Under the pieces are notes generated by a model. The model saw nothing but the letters and a program-made list of their open reading frames with translations, did no database searches and was not told where the DNA came from. Shown in pieces: positions 9,390 through 19,482 of a stretch of 64,000 nt of DNA. How positions within the stretch are numbered: position 1 is the stretch's first letter; every line of letters begins with the position of its first letter. The stretch spans positions 2,056,910 through 2,120,909 of the forward strand of contig OZ242375.1 of assembly GCA_965209025.1 (NCBI GenBank), given 5' to 3'. The DNA is from Acidimicrobiia bacterium. Its GTDB lineage: Bacteria > Actinomycetota > Acidimicrobiia > Spongiisociales > ZC4RG35. The translations under genes were made by a program, and so were the position numbers.

Positions 9390-10142
9390 TCAGGCCCTTC
9401 CGCGGTTCGTGAGTTTGGCCCTCACGTACTCGCGGTTCATCATGGCGATGAAGTCGATGGAGATCTGCTTGGGGCAGGCCGCTTCGCATTCTCCGTGGTT
9501 GGTGCAGGATCCGAAGAACCGCTCCATGGTGTCCACCATGCGCTCGGTCCGGACGTACCGTTCCGCACTTCCCTGGGGAAGCAGGTTGAGGTGAGATGCT
9601 TTAGCGGCGGTGAACAGCTGCGCGGCGGAGTTGGGACAGGCTGCCACACATGCGCCGCACCCGATGCACGCCGCGGCGTCGAAAGCGGTCTCGGCCGTCT
9701 CCTTGGGAACCGGGGTCAAGTTGGCTTCCGGGGCGGAGCCGGTGGCGACCGTGATGAAACCGCCCGCTTCGATGATCCGGTCGAAAGCGGACCTGTCGAC
9801 CACCAGGTCGCGAATGACTTCGAAAGCGGTTGCCCGCCACGGTTCGACGGTGATGGTGTCGCCGTCCCGGAAGCTCCTCATATGGAGTTGGCAGGTGGCC
9901 GTGGCCGCCTGCGGGCCGTGAGCCCGACCGTTGATCATCACCCCGCAGGCACCGCAAATCCCCTCCCTGCAGTCCGAATCGAAGGCGATAGGCTCCAGTC
10001 CCTCCATTGTGAGTCGTTCGTTCAATACGTCCAGCATCTCCAGGAAGGACATGTCCGAGGACACGTCGGAGACCTGGTAGGTCTCGAACCCGCCTTCCTC
10101 CGACGGGCCTGCCTGGCGCCATGCCCTCAGCGTGATGTTCAT
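9390..10142 (-). CDS. sdhB: Succinate dehydrogenase/fumarate reductase iron-sulfur subunit
   Basis: A 2Fe-2S cluster motif ([10 protein letters not shown]) and 4Fe-4S motifs ([21 protein letters not shown]) are present. Confidence 0.9.
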   Translation of the reverse strand: MNITLRAWRQAGPSEEGGFETYQVSDVSSDMSFLEMLDVLNERLTMEGLEPIAFDSDCREGICGACGVMINGRAHGPQAATATCQLHMRSFRDGDTITVEPWRATAFEVIRDLVVDRSAFDRIIEAGGFITVATGSAPEANLTPVPKETAETAFDAAACIGCGACVAACPNSAAQLFTAAKASHLNLLPQGSAERYVRTERMVDTMERFFGSCTNHGECEAACPKQISIDFIAMMNREYVRAKLTNRGRA

Positions 10143-12064
10143 TTGTAGCTCCGGGTGGTTTGCTGCACGTTTTCAAACGCCAGAGGCTCTTCCTGCAGCG
10201 AGGGCCGGGTGGGGTCGCCTGTCCAGAACCACGCCGACACCGTCGTGAACTGCTCATCGTCGCGGACCGCTTCGCCCTGAGGAGTCTGGTGCTCTTCTCG
10301 GAAATGGCCGCCGCACGACTCTTCCCTGTGCCGGGCATCCACGCACATGGCCATCGCCAACTCGAAGAAGTCCTCCAGACGGGCGGCTTTCTCCAGTGTC
10401 TGGTTGAGGCTTTCCCCGTCACCGGGGACCCGGGCGTCATTCCGGAACTCCTCATAGAGATCCGGCAGGTAGGCCAACGCCTGGCCCAGGCCCTCCTCGC
10501 TTCGGGACATGCCGCACTCGTCCCATACCACCCTGCCCAGTTGACGGTGAAAGTCGTCGACCGTGCGGGCGCCATTCATCGAGAGCAGTCCGGCGATCCG
10601 CTCCCGGAGTTCTGCCTCGGTGCGGGCGAATGCCTCGTCCGAGGTGGGAACAGGGGCTTCATTCAGGAATTCCGCCACATAGTCGCCGATGGTGTAGGGG
10701 AGCACGAAGTACCCGTCGGCCAGTCCCTGCATGAGGGCGGAAGCCCCTAACCGGTTGGCGCCGTGGTCCGAGAAATTGGCTTCACCCAGGGCGTACAGTC
10801 CCGGGATGGTGGTCATCAGGTTGTAGTCCACCCACAACCCACCCATGGTGTAGTGGGGAGCGGGGTAAATCCGCATCGGGTCCTGGTAGGGATCCTCATC
10901 GGTGATCCGGTTGTACATCTCCATCAGGTTGTCGTAGCGAGCGACGATTGCTTCGCGGCCGAGCCGGGCGATCGCATCCTGAAAGTCCAGGTAAACGCCG
11001 TTCTTCCTTTCTCCCACCCCATGGCCTGCGTCGACCATGCGCTTGGCTGCCCGGGAGGCCACGTCTCTGGGAACCAGGTTCCCGAACGCCGGATAGATCC
11101 TCTCCAGGTAGTAGTCCCGATCACTCTCGGGGATCTGTCGGGGCGGCCGATCGTCATCGGGGGAGGCGGGCACCCAGACCCGTCCGTCGTTCCGCAGCGA
11201 CTCCGACATCAGGGTCAACTTGGACTGGAAGTCCTCAGCGGCCGGTATGCAGGTGGGATGGATCTGGGTGAAGCAGGGATTGGCGAAGGCTGCTCCCCGG
11301 CGATGGGCTCGCCATATCGCCGTGGCGTTGCACGTCATTGCATTGGTGGACAGGTAATAGACATTGGAGTAACCGCCGGTGCACAGGACTACCGCATGGG
11401 CCGAGTGGGAGGTGATCTCCCCGGTGAGAAGGTCCCTCACCACTACTCCGACGGCCCGTCCCTCCTTCAGGACCACGTCCATGAACTCGGTGCGCACCCA
11501 CAATCTCACCGTGCCCAGTCCCACCTGTCGCGCCATGGCCTGGTAGGCCCCCAGCAGCAGTTGCTGGCCGGTCTGGCCCCGGGAGTAGAAGGTACGGGCC
11601 ACCTGTGCGCCACCGAAGGAGCGGTTGTCCAGAAGCCCGCCGTACTCCCGGGCGAACGGAACACCCTGAGCCGTCGCCTGGTCGATGATGTTGAGCGAGA
11701 GTTGCGCCAACCGGTAGACATTGGCCTCGCGGGAGCGGAAGTCTCCGCCCTTGATGGTGTCGTAGAAGAGCCGGTCCACTGAATCTCCATCGTTTCGATA
11801 GTTCTTGGCGGCGTTGATGCCGCCCTGGGCGGCGATGGAGTGGGCCCGGCGGGGGGTGTCGTGAAAGGTGAAGGCGTCGACCTGGTAGCCGAGTTCGGCC
11901 AATGTGGCGGCGGCCGAGGCGCCCGCCAGGCCGGTTCCGATCACGATGATCTTGAAATGCCGCTTGTTGGCGGGGTTGACCAGCTTGAGGGAGAAGCGGT
12001 GATTGTCCCACGCGTCGGCGAGGGGCCCTGGTGGGGTCTTCGCGTCCAACCGGATCGTGCTCAT
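10139..12064 (-). CDS. sdhA: Succinate dehydrogenase flavoprotein subunit
   Basis: FAD-binding N-terminus ([14 protein letters not shown] ... [14 protein letters not shown]). The start ATG overlaps the sdhC stop (ATGA). It is 4-nt coupled to sdhB. Confidence 0.9.
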   Translation of the reverse strand: MSTIRLDAKTPPGPLADAWDNHRFSLKLVNPANKRHFKIIVIGTGLAGASAAATLAELGYQVDAFTFHDTPRRAHSIAAQGGINAAKNYRNDGDSVDRLFYDTIKGGDFRSREANVYRLAQLSLNIIDQATAQGVPFAREYGGLLDNRSFGGAQVARTFYSRGQTGQQLLLGAYQAMARQVGLGTVRLWVRTEFMDVVLKEGRAVGVVVRDLLTGEITSHSAHAVVLCTGGYSNVYYLSTNAMTCNATAIWRAHRRGAAFANPCFTQIHPTCIPAAEDFQSKLTLMSESLRNDGRVWVPASPDDDRPPRQIPESDRDYYLERIYPAFGNLVPRDVASRAAKRMVDAGHGVGERKNGVYLDFQDAIARLGREAIVARYDNLMEMYNRITDEDPYQDPMRIYPAPHYTMGGLWVDYNLMTTIPGLYALGEANFSDHGANRLGASALMQGLADGYFVLPYTIGDYVAEFLNEAPVPTSDEAFARTEAELRERIAGLLSMNGARTVDDFHRQLGRVVWDECGMSRSEEGLGQALAYLPDLYEEFRNDARVPGDGESLNQTLEKAARLEDFFELAMAMCVDARHREESCGGHFREEHQTPQGEAVRDDEQFTTVSAWFWTGDPTRPSLQEEPLAFENVQQTTRSYK

Positions 12065-12780
12065 CCCACCCACCCGGTCCAGACCGCGATCGGTATGCTG
12101 ACGTTCCCGATCACGATCACCGCGGAAAAGGCCTGTGCGAACCAGCGTCGCCAGCGGTTGTAGGAGGGATGGGCCAGTCCCAGACTTTGGAAGAGCGACC
12201 AGGCGCCGTGGTAGATGTGGATGCCCAACAGCAGATTCGCCACTATGTACAAGACTGCCACTCCTCCCCGGGAGAGGGAGGCAACAAGGTTGGCCTCCAC
12301 CGCACCGGCGGTCCATCCCTCAGGCGCCACGGGAGTCACCCCCCAGGTCAGATCGGCGAGATGCCACAACAGGAAGGCCGCCACGATCACGCCGCTCCAT
12401 CGCATGGTGCGGGAGGCGTAGCTCGCCACCGCCATGTCGCGGGGACCCTGATAAGCGGTATTGGCGCGTCGATTCAGCAAGGTGAGGCTGGCCGCGGCAT
12501 GGATGTGAAGCAGAAAGGCGATCACCAGCCCGGTCCGCATCAGCCAGAGGGTGACGGTCTTGGGAAGGAGCGGATAAAGCAGTTCCCTCAGGAAGTGGGC
12601 GTAGGAATCCAGCTGCCCTTCACCCAGATAGACCTTGAGGTTGCCGATCATGTGGGCCAGCACGAACCCCAGGAGGGCGATGCCGGTGACGGCCATGACC
12701 CACTTCTTCCCGACAGCCGAGCGGTAGAACTCCATCGGCCAGGGACGGCGTCGAGAGGTTGAAACGGAGGCGGGCGTCAA
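12061..12780 (-). CDS. sdhC: Succinate dehydrogenase cytochrome b subunit (5-TM type)
   Basis: Polytopic membrane protein with conserved His residues, encoded immediately upstream of sdhA. An alternative start is at 12735 ([12 protein letters not shown]). Confidence 0.75.
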   Translation of the reverse strand: MTPASVSTSRRRPWPMEFYRSAVGKKWVMAVTGIALLGFVLAHMIGNLKVYLGEGQLDSYAHFLRELLYPLLPKTVTLWLMRTGLVIAFLLHIHAAASLTLLNRRANTAYQGPRDMAVASYASRTMRWSGVIVAAFLLWHLADLTWGVTPVAPEGWTAGAVEANLVASLSRGGVAVLYIVANLLLGIHIYHGAWSLFQSLGLAHPSYNRWRRWFAQAFSAVIVIGNVSIPIAVWTGWVG

Positions 12781-12855
12781 GGGACTCGTTCAGGCATCGA
12801 CTGCCCAAAGATTGTAAACGTTCCGGAGACAGTGCGCCGCAGCCTCCTTTCTCAT

Positions 12856-12884
12856 TTGACAATGTCCCGCTCCCTGTCTATAGT
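12856..12884 (+). promoter_or_regulatory. Sigma-A-like promoter TTGACA-17-TATAGT upstream of whiB
   Basis: TTGACA at 12856-12861, a 17-nt spacer, and TATAGT at 12879-12884, about 70 nt upstream of the whiB ATG. Confidence 0.55.
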
Positions 12885-12897
12885 CGCATGATTGTAA

Positions 12898-12911
12898 TTA
12901 CATCGATGTAA
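12898..12911. promoter_or_regulatory. Perfect 14-bp palindrome TTACATCGATGTAA (candidate operator) just downstream of the whiB -10
   Basis: The sequence is self-complementary. It sits about 14 nt after the -10 hexamer. Confidence 0.45.
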
Positions 12912-12955
12912 CGACCAGGCGGCGGGCGGCCTGGTTTTGGAGATAAGGACGGAAG

Positions 12956-13231
12956 ATGCGACGGAGCTTGATAGATGCGATGGCCAACGATCAGTTGGGC
13001 TGGCAGAACTATGCCAACTGCCTGGGAGCGGATACCGATTTGTTCTTTCCCGAGCGGGGGTCCTCCACCCGCAAGGCCAAGGCGATCTGTGGGGAGTGCG
13101 AGGTGAAGATCGAATGCCTGGACTTCGCGCTGGACAACGGTGAGCGTTTTGGAATCTGGGGAGGTTTGTCGGAGCGGGAGCGTCGCCGGGTCCGGCACGA
13201 GCGGTCGAGGAGGACGGCGGTAGCCTCCTGA
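12956..13231 (+). CDS. whiB: WhiB-family transcriptional regulator (Fe-S)
   Basis: Four Cys in the WhiB arrangement (NC...CGEC...IEC) and the GIWGG turn (ERFGIWGGLSERERRR). Confidence 0.9.
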   Translation: MRRSLIDAMANDQLGWQNYANCLGADTDLFFPERGSSTRKAKAICGECEVKIECLDFALDNGERFGIWGGLSERERRRVRHERSRRTAVAS

Positions 13232-13293
13232 GATCTCCCTACAATGGAAAGGCCGAGAACTAGGGAGTAATTCTGGGACTGTTCGGTTATGCT

Positions 13294-14178
13294 GTGCTCC
13301 TGCTGGCGTTGGCAGGCCTCATCATCTTGTTGGTTCGCCTGGTTCGTCGCGTCCGTCCCCGCTCCTCCTCCCAACCCGAGCCGGATCCTCTGGCGCCGGT
13401 CCCAAACCTTCATGACCTATCGGTTTCCGGGGATGCGATCCAGGTCACCTTCGGGGTGCCGATGGTTGAGGATGACCCGATCCTCGCCGACCTGCTGTGC
13501 TACTACGCCCTGGAGGCTGTGCGGCGCGCCCGCCAGACCCTTCCCCTGGAAGGCTTGGACAGGGTAGAGGTCTTCGTCGTCCACAAGGACCAGTCGAAAC
13601 GAGTGGGGAGTGTGGATTTCGACGAGCCGGGCAAGCTTCCCGAGAACTTTCCCGTCCCCGAGATCGTGGGGCTTTCAGAGGCCACCCGAGATCCGCTGGA
13701 CAGCGACTTCGTGGCGGCCGGCGCCTCGGCTACGCCGACGCCGCCCGCCGAGGGGGAGGGGCTGGCGCCTCTGGCGGCGTTTCTGACCATCCCGGCCAAG
13801 GTGGAGGCTGCCCTCCGCCTCCAGGGCGTAGATCCTCAGAACATGACCGCCGGGGCGTTGGTGCGCGCCATTCTGGCCCTGCGCGGCTACACGGTGTCCC
13901 CGGGTCCGGATTCGGTGACCTTCCACGCCCGCAAGGGCGCCGCCACGGTGATGGTGAGGGAGATCCCACACCTGGAGGATGGGCATCCTGAACTCACGGA
14001 GAGCGACATGCGCCGCTTCGTCATGGACATGGCAGGCTCCCGCATGGCCCGCGGGATGCTGGTAACCGAGAAATACGGGCCCTTTTCCGTCTACGAGTGG
14101 GAACGCCGAGACCCCCGGATCCGGTTTGTCACCAGGGAGCGGCTCCAGAAAGCCATCGATGCGCTAGCCTTGGGTTAA
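13294..14178 (+). CDS. Hypothetical membrane-anchored protein (N-terminal TM helix, ~270-aa soluble domain)
   Basis: N-terminal LLLALAGLIILLV helix. Codon bias is typical of coding sequence. No motif was recognised. Confidence 0.5.
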   Translation: MLLLALAGLIILLVRLVRRVRPRSSSQPEPDPLAPVPNLHDLSVSGDAIQVTFGVPMVEDDPILADLLCYYALEAVRRARQTLPLEGLDRVEVFVVHKDQSKRVGSVDFDEPGKLPENFPVPEIVGLSEATRDPLDSDFVAAGASATPTPPAEGEGLAPLAAFLTIPAKVEAALRLQGVDPQNMTAGALVRAILALRGYTVSPGPDSVTFHARKGAATVMVREIPHLEDGHPELTESDMRRFVMDMAGSRMARGMLVTEKYGPFSVYEWERRDPRIRFVTRERLQKAIDALALG

Positions 14179-14196
14179 CTGCTCCGCACCCCGGCG

Positions 14197-14427
14197 GTGC
14201 AAGACACCACAAAGGAGAAGACGTTGTTCGGGCTGAAACCCTTGGAACTTGGGATAATTGTTCTGATACTGCTGCTCCTGTTCGGCGCCTCCAAGCTTCC
14301 CAAGCTGGCGCGGTCGTTGGGATCATCTGCCCGCGAGTTCCGCAAGGGGGTTGAAGAAGGCAAAGCCGAAGAAGCGGCCGCCGCAACGGACGCTGCCGCC
14401 GCAACGGACGCCGCCGAGGAGTCCTAG
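14197..14427 (+). CDS. tatA: Twin-arginine translocase TatA/E
   Basis: FGLKPLELGIIVLILLLLFGASKLPKLARSLGSSAREFRKG matches the TatA TM helix plus amphipathic helix signature. The C-terminal tail has a 21-bp tandem repeat (AAAATDA x2). Confidence 0.85.
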   Translation: MQDTTKEKTLFGLKPLELGIIVLILLLLFGASKLPKLARSLGSSAREFRKGVEEGKAEEAAAATDAAAATDAAEES

Positions 14428-14466
14428 GAACAAGTCAAAGGCGGGGTTCCGAGGGGAGGCGGCTGA

Positions 14467-14925
14467 TCAGAGGCGTTGCAGCGCTTCGCCGTACCTCTGG
14501 AATTCTCGAGGAGTCTTCAACGCGTCGGTGGAGATTATCTCTCTGACCACTCCGCTCTGGTCGAGTACGTAAGTGGACCGAGACGCCACGCCCATTTCGT
14601 CATTGAAGCACCCATACTCCCGGGCAGTCTGGCCATGTGGCCAGAAGTCGGAGAGGATGGGGAACTCAAACCCTTGTTCATCCGCCCACTTCTTGTTGGA
14701 GAAGCGGGTGTCACAGGTGATTACCACCACATTTGCGTCGAGACCCGAGATATCGTCGGAGTGGTCTCGGATCTCACAGAGTTCTGCTTCGCAGATGCCG
14801 GTGAAGGGAAAAGGAATGAACACCAGAAGCGTGTTGCGGTTGGACAAATCGTCCAGGGTCACGGTGTTGCCGTCTTGGTCGTGCAAAGAGAAGGAGGGAG
14901 CGGGTGCGCCAACTTCTGCAGGCAT
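14467..14925 (-). CDS. AhpE-type 1-Cys peroxiredoxin
   Basis: LLVFIPFPFTGICEAELCEIRDH resembles the mycobacterial AhpE active-site region (FPLAFTGICQGELDQLRDH). Confidence 0.8.
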   Translation of the reverse strand: MPAEVGAPAPSFSLHDQDGNTVTLDDLSNRNTLLVFIPFPFTGICEAELCEIRDHSDDISGLDANVVVITCDTRFSNKKWADEQGFEFPILSDFWPHGQTAREYGCFNDEMGVASRSTYVLDQSGVVREIISTDALKTPREFQRYGEALQRL

Positions 14926-14973
14926 ATTTGGATTCTCCCGGGTCGGGGACAGTAGTTGCCGAAGCTTACAGGA

Positions 14974-16053
14974 CTACCAGAGCGGATCGTTCAGCAACAC
15001 CCTGGCCGCCCAGCCCACGGGGTCGTAGATCTCCTCGGGGGTTGGGAATCCGTCGGGCTGCCAGATGCGCTGAGCCGCGGCGGGCCCGAAACGTTCCTCG
15101 ACTTCGGCAAGGAAGACTTCCCCGGCGGCAATGGCTTCCGGAGAGGCGGTGACCATCGCTCCGGTCTGCGTGGCCGGATCCGAGAGGTCCAGGGTGCCTT
15201 CACGTTCCGAAGCGATCGTGTCGAGGTCGGGAAGAAGCCGGGCTCCCGCTTGGGCGACCAGCCGCCGCGCCATTCCGCCGGTCATGCCCAGAAAGGCGTT
15301 CAGGTTCGCACGGGCCGGCCCGGCGGCCGAGGAGTCGAAGAGGTCTGCCCCCTGGTCGTCAAGATCCAGTTTGAAGATCGCCGATGGGTCGTTTCCTATC
15401 GACCCGAGTTGCTCCATCAGCGAGTCCGGCGCCAGCTTCAGGCTTGAGGCATAGTCCTCATTGAAAGCGCGGAAGAGGTCCGCCACATGCGGAAGAGAGA
15501 ACACCGCCCGGTGGGCCGTCTCGTAAAGAGCCGCCCACATGCGCACCTGGCGCCCGTCCACGGGTAGTTGGTCGGCCAAGTCTTCTATCACCGTAGCCAC
15601 CAGGAGGGTCCGGTTGGAGGGCCCGGTGGGAAGGCCGGTCTCGCAGGCTCCGATCACCCGGCCGGCCATCAGCCCCGCCATGGCCCCGAGTTGCGCGCCG
15701 GCTATGACCGGGCCCAACGGGATCAGCATCCCCCAAGGCTGGCCTGCTGCGCCCTCTCCCACCTGGGCCGCGAATGGTTCCACGACAGGGGCGAATTCCT
15801 CCACCATGGCGTCCCCCCACTCCCGGGGGCCGAGCGGGATCACCGTCGAGGCGGGTGGGAAGCTGAAGGGAGCCACCTCGGAGACTTGGTACTCGGCCAG
15901 TCTCACCAATTCGATGAGTTCTTCGGAGGTCCATGGATTGAGCAACTGGGCCTCTCCGGCGAGATGGCGGGATATCTCGCGGGCCAAGTCCAGGTTTACC
16001 GGGCCGGGCTGGTTGAACATTCGCATCAACCGGGTGAAGAGATCTTCGCTCAC
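14974..16053 (-). CDS. Zincin-like (DUF2342/Zincin_2-type) protein, conserved actinobacterial
   Basis: The size and the ...MWAALYETAHRAVFSLPHV region resemble the Zincin_2 core. The family assignment is from memory and of moderate confidence. Confidence 0.45.
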   Translation of the reverse strand: MSEDLFTRLMRMFNQPGPVNLDLAREISRHLAGEAQLLNPWTSEELIELVRLAEYQVSEVAPFSFPPASTVIPLGPREWGDAMVEEFAPVVEPFAAQVGEGAAGQPWGMLIPLGPVIAGAQLGAMAGLMAGRVIGACETGLPTGPSNRTLLVATVIEDLADQLPVDGRQVRMWAALYETAHRAVFSLPHVADLFRAFNEDYASSLKLAPDSLMEQLGSIGNDPSAIFKLDLDDQGADLFDSSAAGPARANLNAFLGMTGGMARRLVAQAGARLLPDLDTIASEREGTLDLSDPATQTGAMVTASPEAIAAGEVFLAEVEERFGPAAAQRIWQPDGFPTPEEIYDPVGWAARVLLNDPLW

Positions 16054-16073
16054 CGCGCTGATTTTACGGCGGC

Positions 16074-16529
16074 TTGGGGCTAACTTCTCTGTGTATGAAC
16101 ACCCCTTTTCCCCGCTCCCGCGTCGCGGTGGTGGAAGACAGCATCGATGTGGGTGGCCTGCTGGAGGAGGTGGGCCATCCCGAGGCGGGAGCGGTTGCCC
16201 TGTTCTTAGGGACCGTCCGCAACCACTCCCCGCGCCGGGAGGGAGTAACCCACCTCGAGTATGAGGTGTACAGGACCCGGGTGTGCGGAAAGATCACAGA
16301 AATCGTCTCGGAGGCCGCCCAGCGCTGGTCGGTCATCGCCATGGCGGTGGAGCACCGCATGGGCAGGGTGGATGTGGGAGAGGTGGCGGTGGCGGTGGCG
16401 GTCTCCAGCGCCCATCGGGCAGAGGCCTTCGCCGCGGCTCGCTACCTGATAGACGAGTTGAAGGAGAGGGCGCCCATCTGGAAAAAGGAGCACTGGGAGG
16501 GTGGCGCGGAATGGTCGCTGGGGTCCTAG
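16074..16529 (+). CDS. moaE: Molybdopterin synthase catalytic subunit MoaE
   Basis: MoaE-like motifs GAVALFLGTVR ... HLEYEVY ... VAVAVSSAHRAEAF ... PIWKKE. Confidence 0.8.
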   Translation: MGLTSLCMNTPFPRSRVAVVEDSIDVGGLLEEVGHPEAGAVALFLGTVRNHSPRREGVTHLEYEVYRTRVCGKITEIVSEAAQRWSVIAMAVEHRMGRVDVGEVAVAVAVSSAHRAEAFAAARYLIDELKERAPIWKKEHWEGGAEWSLGS

Positions 16530-16551
16530 GGAGCATCCGGTGACGGTCGTA

Positions 16552-18426
16552 ATGGAGAACAGCGTGTCGGCGGCGGCAGCCGCGAGGGGGACAAGGACTG
16601 TCGCCCGCCTGGTCAGAGAGCGGGCCATGAGCAGTCCCCGCCTGGTGGCGCTGCGCCACAAGGACTTGGGTATATGGCAGGAGACCACCTGGAGCGGATA
16701 CTGGGAGCAGGTGTTGCTGGCCGCCCATGGCCTCTTGTCACTGGGAGTGGACACGGCGGATCGGGTCTCCATCCATTCCGAAGACCGCCCCGAGTGGGTG
16801 ATCCTGGATGTGGCCACGGTGGCGATCCGAGGGATAACGGTCGGGCTCTACCCGACCAACCCTGCGGCCGAGGTCCGGTACCTACTCTCCGACTCCGAGT
16901 CGCGTGTCCACCTGGCGGAGGACCAGGAACAAGCGGACAAGCTGATGGAGGTGATCGACACTCTCCCCGATCTGGAGAAGGTCATTCATGTGGAGCCGCG
17001 GGGCTTCCGCGCCTACCGGAATGATCCCCGGTTCATATTCTGGGACGAATTCCTGGAGAGAGGCCGTCGGCATCGGGCCGAGAATCCGGGAGCAGTCGAA
17101 CAGCGGATGAGGGAGGCCCGCCCCGATGATGTGATGACCCTGGTGTACACCTCGGGCACCACCGGTCCGCCCAAGGGAGCGATGCTGGACAACGCCAATG
17201 CGGAGTACTGCTTCGATGAACTGATCAATGCCGATGGCCGCATGCCGAGCAACGTGGGGCCCAATCCCTCCGACGAGATACTCACATACCTGCCTCTTTG
17301 CCATGTCGCCGAGCGAATATTCTCCACCTGGACATCGGCGGTTACCGGGACGACCTTGAATTTCGCCGAGTCCATCGACACTGTGCAGGAGAATCTGCGG
17401 GAGGTGCAACCCACCCTCTTCTTTGCTGTTCCGCGCATCTGGGAGAAGCTCCATGCATCGGTGATCCTCAAGAGCAGGGACGCCACGCGTTTCAAGCGGG
17501 TCTTCATGTCCTTCTGCAGCGCACTGGCCAGGGTCGTCGGACGGCGGCGGGTTGCCAACGGGGGTAGGCACACGTTGCAGAGCGGCCTTTTATTCATGCT
17601 TGGCTACCCACTGGTCTTCCGGGCGCTGCGGGAGAGGATCGGCCTGCGACGGTGTAGGTTTGCGGCAACCGGTGCGGCGCCCATCGCTCCGGAGGTCATC
17701 GAATTCTTCCACGGGCTGGGGGTGAATCTCTACGAGTTGTACGGAATGACCGAGAACGCGGGTTTTGCCACCAACAATTTCTATGGGCGCATGAAGCTGG
17801 GCACGGTTGGGGAACCCTATCCGGGAATGGGATTCCGGATTGATCCGGAGACCGGGGAAATCCAGACCAAACACCCAGGGGTCTTCAGGGGATACTGGAA
17901 CAAGCCGGAAGAGACCGCCGAAGCCTTCACCGCCGACGGGTGGCTGCGCACCGGGGATGTGGGGGAATGGGTGGACGGCACCCACGTCAAGATCGTGGAC
18001 CGGATCAAACACATAATCATCACTTCCGGCGGCAAGAACATCTCCCCCTCTGAGATCGAGAACAGCCTCAAGACCTCCCCCTTCGTGAAGGAGGCGATGG
18101 TGATCGGAGACGGGAGGCACTACCTCACCGCGCTGGTGGGTATCGAGTTCGACACAGTGGGGGACTGGGCCACTCGTCGCAACATCCCCTACACGACCTA
18201 TCGGGACCTGGGATCAAAGCCAGAGGTTCTGGAGTTGATAAAGGGGGTCATCGCCCGGACCAACTCCAAGTTCGCCCGGGTGGAGAACATCCGCAAGTTT
18301 CGCATGCTTCCCAAGGAACTCGACCATGAGGATGGAGAGTTGACCGCCACTCAGAAGTTGAAGAGAGAATCAATGGAAGAGATGTTCGGGGATTTGATCG
18401 TCGACATGTACTCGTCGAGGGCCTGA
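16552..18426 (+). CDS. fadD: Long-chain fatty-acid--CoA ligase (AMP-binding)
   Basis: AMP-binding motif LVYTSGTTGPPKGAML plus a C-terminal adenylate-forming core. The start was chosen at the first ATG that avoids moaE overlap. The track ORF begins at 16501. Confidence 0.85.
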   Translation: MENSVSAAAAARGTRTVARLVRERAMSSPRLVALRHKDLGIWQETTWSGYWEQVLLAAHGLLSLGVDTADRVSIHSEDRPEWVILDVATVAIRGITVGLYPTNPAAEVRYLLSDSESRVHLAEDQEQADKLMEVIDTLPDLEKVIHVEPRGFRAYRNDPRFIFWDEFLERGRRHRAENPGAVEQRMREARPDDVMTLVYTSGTTGPPKGAMLDNANAEYCFDELINADGRMPSNVGPNPSDEILTYLPLCHVAERIFSTWTSAVTGTTLNFAESIDTVQENLREVQPTLFFAVPRIWEKLHASVILKSRDATRFKRVFMSFCSALARVVGRRRVANGGRHTLQSGLLFMLGYPLVFRALRERIGLRRCRFAATGAAPIAPEVIEFFHGLGVNLYELYGMTENAGFATNNFYGRMKLGTVGEPYPGMGFRIDPETGEIQTKHPGVFRGYWNKPEETAEAFTADGWLRTGDVGEWVDGTHVKIVDRIKHIIITSGGKNISPSEIENSLKTSPFVKEAMVIGDGRHYLTALVGIEFDTVGDWATRRNIPYTTYRDLGSKPEVLELIKGVIARTNSKFARVENIRKFRMLPKELDHEDGELTATQKLKRESMEEMFGDLIVDMYSSRA

Positions 18427-18484
18427 ATGGCGGTGATTCGGGCGACTGGGTTGGGGGTTTTCTGATGACGCTGGGTTTCTGACC

Positions 18485-19435
18485 ATGGAGATCCTTGCCC
18501 AAGCCGAATACAGCCAGTTGGCGGGCACCATCGTGAGCGGACTCTCCCTGGGGACCATCTACGCCCTGCTGGCCATGGGGTTCGTCATCATATTCAAAGC
18601 CACCCAGGTGGTGAACTTCGCCCACGGCGCCATGGCCACCCTCGGGGCATTCATCACCGCCGGGGTGGCGGTGGAACTCAATTTTCCCGGTCGTTATCTC
18701 GACTTGCCTCCCCTCCTCGGGTGGTCCATCTCGGTGTTGACCGCGTTGGCACTCTCGGCGCTGATGGGCATCCTGCTGGAGAGGGTCTTCCTCCGACCCA
18801 TGGTGGGAGAGGAACTGTTCTCGGTGGCCATCGTCACTGTGGGGATGAACATCATCCTGATGACCATCGTCACCGACTACATCGGTCCCGATCCCCGATC
18901 AATGGCCGATCCCTGGGGGGACGCGGCTGCCGACCTGGGGTTTGTGGTCATCGCCCACACCGAAATCGCCCAGTTCCTGGTGGCTGCGGCGCTCGTGCTG
19001 CTGGTGGGGGTCTTCTTTCGGAGCCGCACCGGAATCGCCATGCGGGCCACCGCGTTCGATCAGGAAGCGGCCCGCGCCCAGGGAGTCAATGTCGGCGCCA
19101 TCTTCGCCATTGCCTGGGCGATCGGGGCGGTATTGGCCACGGTGGGTGGGATCTTCGGGTCCGTCTACCCACGGCGGATAGGGGTGTTCCCAGACACCGC
19201 ACTCCTTGTCTTCCGCGCCTTTCCCGCCATCATTCTGGGAGGGCTGGATTCCGTTGCGGGAGCGGTGGTCGGAGGGTTGGCGGTGGGAGTGGCGGAGGCT
19301 GCGGCCGGCAGCTATTTGAACCATCCGTTGTTCGGGACCGGCTTCAGCGGGATCGTGCCCTATCTCGTGATGATGATCGTGTTGTTTATCCGTCCCTACG
19401 GGATCTTCGGGACCGAGGAGGTCAGGCGGGTGTGA
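18485..19435 (+). CDS. livH: Branched-chain amino acid ABC transporter permease LivH
   Basis: Canonical LivH N-terminus (GLSLGTIYALLAMGFVIIFKATQVVNFAHG). Confidence 0.85.
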   Translation: MEILAQAEYSQLAGTIVSGLSLGTIYALLAMGFVIIFKATQVVNFAHGAMATLGAFITAGVAVELNFPGRYLDLPPLLGWSISVLTALALSALMGILLERVFLRPMVGEELFSVAIVTVGMNIILMTIVTDYIGPDPRSMADPWGDAAADLGFVVIAHTEIAQFLVAAALVLLVGVFFRSRTGIAMRATAFDQEAARAQGVNVGAIFAIAWAIGAVLATVGGIFGSVYPRRIGVFPDTALLVFRAFPAIILGGLDSVAGAVVGGLAVGVAEAAAGSYLNHPLFGTGFSGIVPYLVMMIVLFIRPYGIFGTEEVRRV

Positions 19436-19482
19436 GAGGCCGTCCCCACCTCCACACCTCCTACTCCGCCGATCAGGCGCTG

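Noticed and set aside
9322-9489. Longer version of the alpha/beta hydrolase ORF extending to 9489
   Set aside because: It would overlap the sdhB 3' end by 100 nt, and the extra N-terminal residues are Arg/His-rich low complexity. The start was placed at the first non-overlapping ATG (9321), though no SD sequence is evident.
18721-19482. N-terminal 254 codons of the 650-aa track ORF 18721-20673
   Set aside because: This part overlaps livH in another frame and translates to Gly/Arg-rich nonsense. The genuine LivM begins at the in-frame ATG 19483, right after the livH stop.
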